Shown here in pieces: positions 55,661 through 64,000 of a DNA stretch of 64,000 nucleotides. The position numbers and the translations under genes were made by a program. This stretch comes from an uncultured Nitrososphaeraceae archaeon. Its GTDB lineage: Archaea > Thermoproteota > Nitrososphaeria > Nitrososphaerales > Nitrososphaeraceae. Position 1 is the stretch's first letter, and each line of letters starts with the position of its first letter. Below the pieces are notes generated by a model. That model did not search any database. It saw only the letters and a list, made by a program, of their open reading frames with translations, and had not been told where the DNA came from. The stretch is from the NCBI GenBank assembly GCA_963837175.1, contig CAWIMJ010000050.1, positions 320,001 through 384,000 of the forward strand, read 5' to 3'.

Positions 55661-58183
55661 TTAAAGTACAAAATATTCTGCTTGAGGATGATGTACCACT
55701 ATAGCTGCAGTAGATTGATCCGGAATTATTTGTCCAGATTCGGTTAATCTCATGCCAGATTTCGTTGGATCTAGTAATTTCCATACTAGATAATGTTGCG
55801 AGATATCTGGACAACTAGGATAACCCCAGCTGTACCTAAGACCACGCTTTACACCGATATTAAGTTCCGTTTTTATCTTTAAATTAATCCAGTCTGCCAA
55901 AGCTTCCGCAGTCTCGACTGCTATACCGTGCAAATAATATGCATCAGTATATTTATTATCTTTATTCCAACTATCGATAATTTTTGTTACCTTGTTGCCT
56001 ACGGTGACTGCCTGAAAAGCAACGATATCATCATCTCCAAAGAAATCAGTCAAACATAGATGTTTTTGTTTAGAGGATCTAGGAAAATCAAAAACCACTT
56101 CGCCTTTACTGTGAGGTAACTCTACTACGAGTTTTCCATTTCTATTATGGCATCTAAAATAACCGTACACCACCTCCGGAGCAAAGAGATTTTCTTTTAT
56201 CACTCTTGATTTCCATTCTTCAAAAAGTCTTTCAGCTTCCTGACTTAAACCTTCAGCACTTTTTCCACGAATTCCCCAAGAAAGAATAAAGAGAGATTTT
56301 TTATTAACGAACTTCCATACCTTGGACAAATCAATCTCGTCAACTCCAAGTCTTATCTGTCTGTTAATATGTGGAGCAACGGGAGGAGAAACAGGCCTTA
56401 TGCTACTTTGCGGTACCTCTACGGCTTCGACGCTGGGATTTTGTTTCTCCTGCCACTTTTCAAGTTTTTGCCGCCACTCTTCTATATATTGACTTTTTTC
56501 GTCAGACATGAGTATGTTCATAACTTTTAAGCCTTCAAATGCAGTTTTACAATAGAATATTCCATCCTCATAAATCGCATCTTGTTTCGCTATTCTATTG
56601 ATAAAACTGCTATTAATTGCGGCGCCTCCACATAAGACAGGAATTCTCATATTATTTTTTCTCGCATGGTCTATAAAATACTGCATCTGCTTTGAAGTAG
56701 AAACAAGGAGAGCAGAAAGCCCTACTGCATCAGCATTAACTTCTTGAATTTTTTCAATGATCTTTTGTAACGGGACTTGTTTACCTAAATCATATACTGT
56801 GTATCCATTATTAGTTATTATGGTCTTTACCAAATTTTTGCCTATATCATGCACATCTCCATATACAGTGCATAATACAATTTTGCCTTTGCTTACTCCC
56901 TCTTGTCTAATAAGATACCTTTCTAATTCACCAACCGCTGCTTTCATACATTCCGCTGATTTTAAGACAAAAGGTAAAATTAGCTCGCCTGCTCCAAACT
57001 TATCTCCAACTTCTTTCATGGCAGGTAATAAAACCTCATTTAAAGTCTGCACCGCCGCTTGATGACATTCTTCCTTTGATGCAACAAGTTTTAAGTCACC
57101 ATTGTTTTCTATTATTTTGGTCCCTGCATTCCCATCTGTAGAAATTCTATCCGCTATTGCTGCCGTAACATCATTTTCTATGCCATCCTTGAGTCTATTA
57201 AGAATTCTGAAATAGCATCTTCTGCTGGCGTCCCATGTTTCATCGAATTGTACTCTCTTAGCAGAAGATGTTGTACTAGTCAAACTTAATCCTTCAAAGT
57301 AAGAGATAAGATCTGGTAGAGCATTAGGATGATTATTGAATATAAGATCCTCTGCAAGTTTTAGCTGTGTTGGATCTATTTCTGTGTAAGGAATAATGTC
57401 TTTTGCATTTATAATTACACAATCTAGGCCAGCCTTTATAGCGTGATGCAGATATACAGAATTGACTATTCTTCTTGCTTGTAACGGAAGACCAAAACTA
57501 ACATTGCTGAGACCTAACGTAGTAAAGCAACCAGGAAGATTTTCTTTTACCAGCTGAATGCCTTTAAGTGTATCTTTAGCCGACTGTAGGAATTCTGGCT
57601 CACCTGTTGCCAAAGTAAACGTAAGGACGTCAAAAATAAATTGCCATGGCTGAAGTCCATAGTTTTTTCCAGCCTCAAAAAGAAGCTTCGCTGTTTCCAG
57701 CTTTTCTTCCGGAGTCTTTGCCATCCCTTTGGGTCCTATACACATTGCAATAGCAGGGACACCATAATTTACCATTAATGGTGCCAGTGAGTGAAATCTG
57801 TTGCCGTCGCCTTCAAGATTAATGGAATTAATTATTGGCCTAGCAGGAATTTGCTTTAGAGCCATTTCGATTACTTTCGGGTCAGTCGAATCAATAACAA
57901 GTGGTGCTTCTATCTCTAGACTTAATCGTTTGACGAGTGTTCTCATAAATTCTATCTCATCTGACCGTTCTGTAGTTGCTACACAGACATCAAGACAATG
58001 AGCGCCATCTTCAACCTGCGCTCTGGCTAAATTCACTAGACCATCGAAATCGTTCATAAGTACCATAGCCTTCGCCTTTTTGGATCCTTGCGTATTAAGT
58101 CTTTCACCAATTATGAGGGGTGGAGGTTCTTGTTTAAGGTCAAGTGCCTTCAAGGCAGAACTAATTCTTGGTATCTTCCACAT
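55661..58183 (-). CDS. metH: B12-dependent methionine synthase: pterin-binding, cobalamin-binding and activation domains
   Basis: IIGERLN, GLSNVSFG, GDVHDIGKNLV, GLSALL, RYSWGYPSCPD. Confidence 0.95.
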   Translation of the reverse strand: MWKIPRISSALKALDLKQEPPPLIIGERLNTQGSKKAKAMVLMNDFDGLVNLARAQVEDGAHCLDVCVATTERSDEIEFMRTLVKRLSLEIEAPLVIDSTDPKVIEMALKQIPARPIINSINLEGDGNRFHSLAPLMVNYGVPAIAMCIGPKGMAKTPEEKLETAKLLFEAGKNYGLQPWQFIFDVLTFTLATGEPEFLQSAKDTLKGIQLVKENLPGCFTTLGLSNVSFGLPLQARRIVNSVYLHHAIKAGLDCVIINAKDIIPYTEIDPTQLKLAEDLIFNNHPNALPDLISYFEGLSLTSTTSSAKRVQFDETWDASRRCYFRILNRLKDGIENDVTAAIADRISTDGNAGTKIIENNGDLKLVASKEECHQAAVQTLNEVLLPAMKEVGDKFGAGELILPFVLKSAECMKAAVGELERYLIRQEGVSKGKIVLCTVYGDVHDIGKNLVKTIITNNGYTVYDLGKQVPLQKIIEKIQEVNADAVGLSALLVSTSKQMQYFIDHARKNNMRIPVLCGGAAINSSFINRIAKQDAIYEDGIFYCKTAFEGLKVMNILMSDEKSQYIEEWRQKLEKWQEKQNPSVEAVEVPQSSIRPVSPPVAPHINRQIRLGVDEIDLSKVWKFVNKKSLFILSWGIRGKSAEGLSQEAERLFEEWKSRVIKENLFAPEVVYGYFRCHNRNGKLVVELPHSKGEVVFDFPRSSKQKHLCLTDFFGDDDIVAFQAVTVGNKVTKIIDSWNKDNKYTDAYYLHGIAVETAEALADWINLKIKTELNIGVKRGLRYSWGYPSCPDISQHYLVWKLLDPTKSGMRLTESGQIIPDQSTAAIVVHHPQAEYFVL

Positions 58184-58238
58184 TTTAGTACGACAGATTG
58201 CTTTGGTTCAAAACCCCACTAAAATCTTATCCCTATTG

Positions 58239-59192
58239 TTAATTTTTTTTGGATATTTTTTCGTCTAACATTTTACGTAACTCGGCTATATGTTCTGGAT
58301 TAGTTCCACAACATCCGCCAATAATGCGGATATTTTTATAGTTCTCGATAAAGTCTTTAAGTTTGTCTCTCATTTCTACTGGAGTCATTTTATATACAGC
58401 TTTACCGCCTTCATTTCGAGGCATGCCTGCATTAGGAATCACTAGTATAGGCAGTTCACCTTGCTCACTTAACCATCTAACACTCGGAGTCATCTCCACG
58501 GGACCAGTAGAGCAATTTAGACCAAAAACATCTATTCCCATGTCGCTAACTGTAGTGTAAGCAGCTTGAACATTTGTTCCAAGTAACATCTTTCCATATT
58601 GATCTAGTGTAACATTGGATATCAGTGGAACTTTTTTTCCTGTCTTCTGCATAGCATCATGGCATCCATTGATCGCAACTTTTACTTCGAGAATATCTTG
58701 GCTAGTTTCGATAAGTAGTGCATCGACTTTTCCAAGAATCAAGCCTTCTGCTTGCTGCTCAAATGCTTCATTGATCTTGTCTAGAGATATTTGTCCTAAG
58801 TCAGGATCGTTTGAGCTTGGTAGATAGCCTGTCGGTCCCATAGAACCTATAACATAGCAAGCTTTATCGTCAAATTCACTGCATACTTCTCTTCCAAGTT
58901 CAGCAGCTTTTTTATTGAGTTCAACAGTTCTGTTACCATATCCATACTCATCTAGCTTTAGCTTGTTACTTCCAAAGGTGTTTGTCTCTATACAATCGGC
59001 TCCAGCTTTCAAGTAGTCTCTATGGATTTGTTTGATCCATTCCGGTCTACTAATGATTAAACCATCATTAAAACCATCCTTTTTATCTGGAAAATCATTA
59101 AGGTTAGGATTCAATCTCTGTATCTCTGTTCCCATCGCTCCATCAAAAAGAATTATTCGCTTTCTAAGTTCTTCGCTAAATGATATAACCAT
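58239..59192 (-). CDS. metH: Methionine synthase homocysteine-binding (S-methyltransferase) domain, separate gene
   Basis: FDGAMGT, AGADCIETNTF, GLNCSTGP, PNAGMP, IGGCCGT. Confidence 0.95.
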   Translation of the reverse strand: MVISFSEELRKRIILFDGAMGTEIQRLNPNLNDFPDKKDGFNDGLIISRPEWIKQIHRDYLKAGADCIETNTFGSNKLKLDEYGYGNRTVELNKKAAELGREVCSEFDDKACYVIGSMGPTGYLPSSNDPDLGQISLDKINEAFEQQAEGLILGKVDALLIETSQDILEVKVAINGCHDAMQKTGKKVPLISNVTLDQYGKMLLGTNVQAAYTTVSDMGIDVFGLNCSTGPVEMTPSVRWLSEQGELPILVIPNAGMPRNEGGKAVYKMTPVEMRDKLKDFIENYKNIRIIGGCCGTNPEHIAELRKMLDEKISKKN

Positions 59193-60020
59193 GTTATAAT
59201 GTTATTCGAAATCAAGAAACGGGTTTAATATGTTTCTCTCAATCTCATTTTATCTTCTCTCCTCTTCCCAACATTACAACCTATCATAATTGAAAGGCGT
59301 GTATTTGACTACCAGAGAACATTAGATCCTTTGCTTTTTTAGCATCTAATACTATGTTCATTCTCTTTTAATTAAATCTGTCAAAAGATTCATCCATCGG
59401 TAGGTGTAGAGATTACTTCACGGATGATCATATAATTGTGAATCCGTCTAAAAATTGATTCTAATGGGTAAGGATATTGCCGCTCTTTTGACTCTCATCA
59501 AAGGTACTCTGGTTTTTTCTAAAAGGATGGTCATTTGCTTCTTCTTGTAAGTGTGTAGTAAACGAATGCATGAACATAATAACTTGTAATCATTATCCTT
59601 TAAGCTTATTCTAATGTAGTTCAAAGGAACTATTGTGAATATATGCATCGATAATATTGGTTTGCCAACTAAGTATTTGTGCAGATGGGATATAGCGATA
59701 ATATTTTCGCCGCAATCATCAGCTTGCTGATTGGGTAAGAGATTTTGAATCGAATGCAAATTAAAAAGCCTCTGGTTAAATCTGCCTAAATGATGTTATT
59801 TAAGTAATCCTAGCTGTATTCATGCAAGACAATGTTTCTTGTATCATAGAGCTCAGAGATATAGATTAAGGTATGATGCTTCGTTCTTAAAAAATAAAGG
59901 AAAAAATGGAAATAGGATAACGATGCAAGCATTGATGGTCTGTATAGGATATCATTCTAATTCCAGATTATATATTGCAAATTCGAAAGGGTTCAAAATT
60001 AGATTACTTTTTACATTATA

Positions 60021-60170
60021 TATGATTCTGCTCCAGCGATATTACCATACGAATTAACTGCTGGTTCAGCTATAATGTTTGATTCTTTAGCTCATGAATT
60101 ACCATTTATAGCTACCGGTCAAGGTTGCTTTAGAGAATTGCTGCGCCTGCGATAAGGAGTAACTGCCGAA
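60021..60170 (+). pseudogene. Fragment of a GT4 (GT-B) glycosyltransferase C-terminal domain
   Basis: AILPYELTAGSAIMFDSLAHELPFIATGQGCFRE resembles the GT4 donor-binding segment LPY....SG...dAla.GlP.iat..g...E; no start, internal stop. Confidence 0.6.
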
Positions 60171-60208
60171 GAATTGACTGCTTCACCACAAACTTTCAAT
60201 ATCTCGTT

Positions 60209-60733
60209 TTAAATGATCAATAAAGGTGATCCTTTCATTGAATTTATATTAACAAATTCCAGTCGTTTATTTTCAGTTTCAAAAATCGCTAAGGTTGCCT
60301 TATATCCAAATAACCATCCTTTTGCTGTTCCTGGATTAATAACCATTGTTTTAGCTATGTTCAATTTTTGCAATTGATGAGTGTGACCACAGATAACAAC
60401 ATCATATTTTCTGGAATGAATCAATGATTCTTTCAGTTGACAGCTAGTTCCATGATATACGGCAAACTTTATACCGTCTTCATTGAATTCATAAAGCTCG
60501 CCTTTTAGTTCACCGCCAATTTCATTGAAGGCATCACTTAACCCAGCTTTATCTACATCATTATTTCCTAAAACTCCAATTAGTTTTAAGTCTTGAAAAC
60601 ATCTAACAGCTGGTGGTTTAACATAATCGCCAGCATGAAGTACAAAGCTTATTTTGCTGTCTTTGAAGATTTTGACAGCTTTGTCAATATTTTCTATAGA
60701 ATCATGTGTATCAGATATTATGCCAATTTTCAA
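60209..60733 (-). CDS. Metallophosphoesterase (YfcE/MJ0936 family)
   Basis: ISDTHD, HAGD, GNND, YHG, GHTH, NPG. Confidence 0.93.
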   Translation of the reverse strand: MKIGIISDTHDSIENIDKAVKIFKDSKISFVLHAGDYVKPPAVRCFQDLKLIGVLGNNDVDKAGLSDAFNEIGGELKGELYEFNEDGIKFAVYHGTSCQLKESLIHSRKYDVVICGHTHQLQKLNIAKTMVINPGTAKGWLFGYKATLAIFETENKRLEFVNINSMKGSPLLII

Positions 60734-61131
60734 ATATATCTTATATAACGGTTGTAGATAAGGACTTAAAATATGTATATATGATGATAGATTTTACTTC
60801 ATTAAAGGAACGATGGTAATATCAGCTGTGAAATAACTTAGGTATTCTAGTTACAACTTATAAAGATACGAACTAACTTCTTTCTATGAATTAATGATAA
60901 TGTAATGAAGTACACCTAGATTTTGATTATGAAATTAGTGAACGACCTAAGTATCTAATGATTGTGTTGTTTGGCTAACATGATCAGTTATGACTGGTGC
61001 GGCTTCAGCTCCAGACCAAACCTTCCAAAGAACATTTCTATGCATTGTTAGATGATTCCTTATGTTTTAAATGATTTTCATTTGACCGGTCTGCATTTAG
61101 TTTACTAATATTACTCATTCTACACACACAG

Positions 61132-61995
61132 ATGCTGGACTGGCCTCTCTATAATGAATCACTAGTTCGACGTGTTAAAATACTCTTAGTTTTGATATAC
61201 TTGATGGATAGGCTCATGAGTTAGCTCATATGACTCGTGATAAGGTTGGCGAACCCTATGATTATCCAAACTCCTTTATTCAGCTTCTAGGTTATATGAG
61301 AGCATATATTTTCATCGATCCTGTATAGACAGACACAAGGTGTTGTTATAGCTTAAGCAAGTAGAAAAGTACCGTGCATACCTCATTACAGTACCATTAG
61401 TAGACTCACACAAACTAGAGATTAAAATCAATGAGAAAATAGGAGATGATATTGTGATTGCTTTAGACAGTACAGAGGTATTCAAAGTAGATAATAGAAG
61501 AGAATGGAAACGCCAGTATAAATGCCATGTTAGAAAGGGATGCATGAAAATACATTTGTTTCAATAGATATCAAGAAGAAAAGAACCATGTCTTTAGAAG
61601 TCACAAGTGAAGAGATGCATGATGGCAAGATGCTGAAGAAAGAAGGCGGATAGATAAAGCTTCTGAAAATAATAATCTGAAGTGTGTACGTGTTATCTAT
61701 TGGTATGTATTATAACAATAAGAATTATAGATATTATCAAAGAACCATATTAAATCTGGTATAAAGACTAGAAATAATTCCAAGGTCAAGACAACTAACT
61801 GTCAAGATAGAAACATATCAGGGGTAAGACACAACAACCAAATCTGAACACATGGAAGCATAGCGTAGGCTATGGACAGAGAGGTGATATAGAATCTGTC
61901 TTTTTGTGTATGAAAAGGATGTATGGAGAACACGTATCTGCAAGAAAGTTTCCTAATATGATAAACGAGATCTTTCTGAAGGCGGCTGAAATACT
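61132..61995 (+). mobile_element. Degenerate IS5-family DDE transposase pseudogene
   Basis: Across frames: DWPLYNESLVRR, KVGEPYDYPNSFIQLLGYMR, YRQTQG, PHYSTISR, IVIALDST, LEVTSEEMHDGKML, WKHSVGYGQRGDIESVFLCMKRMYGEHV; many stops and shifts; terminal repeats not identified. Confidence 0.88.
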
Positions 61996-62063
61996 TTATT
62001 CTGAGGAATCTGAGTCAGGCTATATTTTATTTAAGCTTAAATCATCTGTTGTTTCCTTACAAG

Positions 62064-62246
62064 CTATGTCTTCTCTTTTATGGGTATCTCACCCTTTTGT
62101 ATGTGATCTGTCAACTCATGCCTTTGTCTATCACCTAAATTATCAAAATGCACTTGGCACAGTCTACATCTATAATAATGCGCCATCATATTGTCATTAT
62201 TCTTGGACAAATTACTACTCGCTCTTACATATTTAATACTCGTCAT
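62064..62246 (-). CDS. Small C2H2-type zinc-finger protein
   Basis: YRCRLCQVHFDNLGDRQRHELTDH. Confidence 0.7.
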   Translation of the reverse strand: MTSIKYVRASSNLSKNNDNMMAHYYRCRLCQVHFDNLGDRQRHELTDHIQKGEIPIKEKT

Positions 62247-62297
62247 ATAAGTTTAAGCAAATATTTTATATTAGTTAAGAAAACTTATAAAGATCTT

Positions 62298-63780
62298 ATG
62301 AAAGGGTAATAATATACACCCTTACTCTTCTTATACGTCTGGTTCTGCTAATACTTGGAAATCTTTTATTATTAAGGCAGAAAGGTTCATAAAGAAAACC
62401 CAAGAACACGTACTTCAGGGGCTAAATCCTGGAGGAGTTTACCAAGCAATATGGTGTAGAGACGCATCCTATATCCTTAAAGATTGGTTTCTATCTGGCA
62501 ATCTTCAAGGAGTAATGCAGCAAATTTATCTAATATGGTCTCATCAAATATCACCTAATAAAGAAAAGGTAATTTATGGAAGAGGATCTCCAAAGATGGA
62601 TTTTTTACCGGAAGTAGCAAATGCAGATAAAGAAAAAGAGTTTGAGGGAGCACTTCCAACAACAATCTATCAAGCTGGATTTTCTGAAATTTATGGACAA
62701 AGTCCAGACATTGATTCTACTGGGTTGATAATCTCTACTACCTCTTGGATATTGGCTAGAGCTTTGAACGAGCAGCAACAACAAGAAGGCAAGGTTTCTT
62801 TAACTCAAGAGTCATCGGCACAGAGCACAATTACAGCATCTGAAAATTCATCAGACTACGTTTCTGCTTTATTATCAAAAGCCGGAATAACAGATCCGCC
62901 ACAAGTTACTAAGTTTGTTGTTCCTCGTATGTTAAGATCTATTGAATACTTGAATAGGCGTGACATTGATAACGATGGTTTGTTAGAACAAAGTCATAAT
63001 GAAGACTGGATGGATACTACAGTAAGGTCAGGGAAAATAGTCTACAGTCAAGCTTGTTGGCTTCTTGCTCTAAATGACCTCTCTACTTTATTAACAAAAC
63101 TAGAAAGAGATAGTGAATCTAACAGATTAACACAATTGGCAAATAAAACAATACATGCTATAGAGGAAAAACTATGGTCAGAGGAGGCTGGCTGCTATAT
63201 GGATATTGAAGAATCACATCACAATGGCGCCGAAGATAGAATGATTACTCAAGATATATCCCTTTATCTTGTTGCACTTACAGAGAATAGATCATACGAT
63301 AGCTTCAGACTATATCATCACCAAGATAATAATAAGAAAAAAGAGACGAAGCAACAAGAACAGGAACAAGAACTAAATTCGATTCATCAAGAACTCTATA
63401 ATAGAACCACAGGCAGCCTTTATGCTCTCAGAAAGAGAATATGGAAAGATAAATGGCCCCTAGTGACAGAAGGTGAGCTAAAGAAAACTGCGCCATGGGT
63501 TCATAAATCATATCATTATCATAACCACACATGTTGGCCTTGGCTTACAGGAGTGGAAATGCTTGCAAGAAGCAGGTTTAATCAAATTGAAGAGTGCGAT
63601 ATTCTATTTTCAAAATTTGCGTCAGAAGATGATCCACATATCCATACTTTTTATGAATGGATAAATCCTGTTACTGAGGAAGGATGTGGAGCCTATCCAT
63701 TTAGAACGGGAATATCAACTTTAAGAATAGCGCTTGCAGATATTATTGAAAAAATTAGAAATGAATCTTCTTTTTTATGA
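62298..63780 (+). CDS. Six-hairpin glycoside hydrolase (amylo-alpha-1,6-glucosidase/GDE-like); true start probably 62298 with an indel at ~62303
   Basis: The reading frame is open upstream of 62515 through GLNPGGVYQAIWCRDASY; also DIDNDGLLEQ, EDWMD, YHNHTCWPW, FYEWINP. Confidence 0.85.
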
Positions 63781-64000
63781 ACAACAGCAAAAGGATAAGA
63801 TTATAAAAGCAATACTATTGTGAATTGATCTCAATAACGTATCATTACTTTAAAAAATAAGAGAACAATAATATTCCTTCTTATTGCTCACTGGATTTAC
63901 TCATTTATTTCCTTTATTTGCACTAGTACAACTAGTACTATATTATGAATTTCTATATTATGTTCGTTTGCAGCAAGCTAGGATATTGAATCATTACACC

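Noticed and set aside
55661-59192. metH split as another frameshift error
   Set aside because: Clean stop, a 55-bp spacer and a separate start at a domain boundary; consistent with a natural two-gene MetH.
61312-62236. ORFs 61312-61545 (-) and 61904-62236 (+) as genes
   Set aside because: They are antisense to, or read-through from, the broken IS5 transposase.

Overview
AT-rich archaeal chromosome segment, most consistent with a soil-type ammonia-oxidising archaeon (Nitrososphaerales/Thaumarchaeota). The assignment is inferred from RadA, an HMf-type histone, rps26e, proteasome beta, Cdc6/Orc1, a two-gene split MetH and a cupredoxin. Most of the window is housekeeping (gltA, sucCD, pyrG, trpBC, metH, NAD kinase) separated by long AT-rich spacers and decayed gene fragments. 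Two loci stand out. (1) A ycaO-tfuA thioamidation pair sits head-to-head with a 58-aa NHLP-leader-like peptide gene (19074-19250, minus strand) that is below the ORF-track cut-off. This is a candidate RiPP or protein-thioamidation system in a lineage without methyl-coenzyme M reductase. (2) Directly after an intron-containing tRNA-Cys there is a BshC-like ligase, an ATP-grasp ligase, a PIG-L/BshB-like deacetylase and an NDP-sugar dehydrogenase, a candidate bacillithiol-like or amino-acyl-sugar pathway. Unannotated remnants read directly from the DNA include a decayed trpA, an F420-dependent LLM oxidoreductase half-gene, a GT4 fragment and an IS5-family transposase. Six otherwise intact genes, including pyrG, carry a single frameshift, probably from assembly errors. 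All family assignments are by motif recognition only; no database searches were run.
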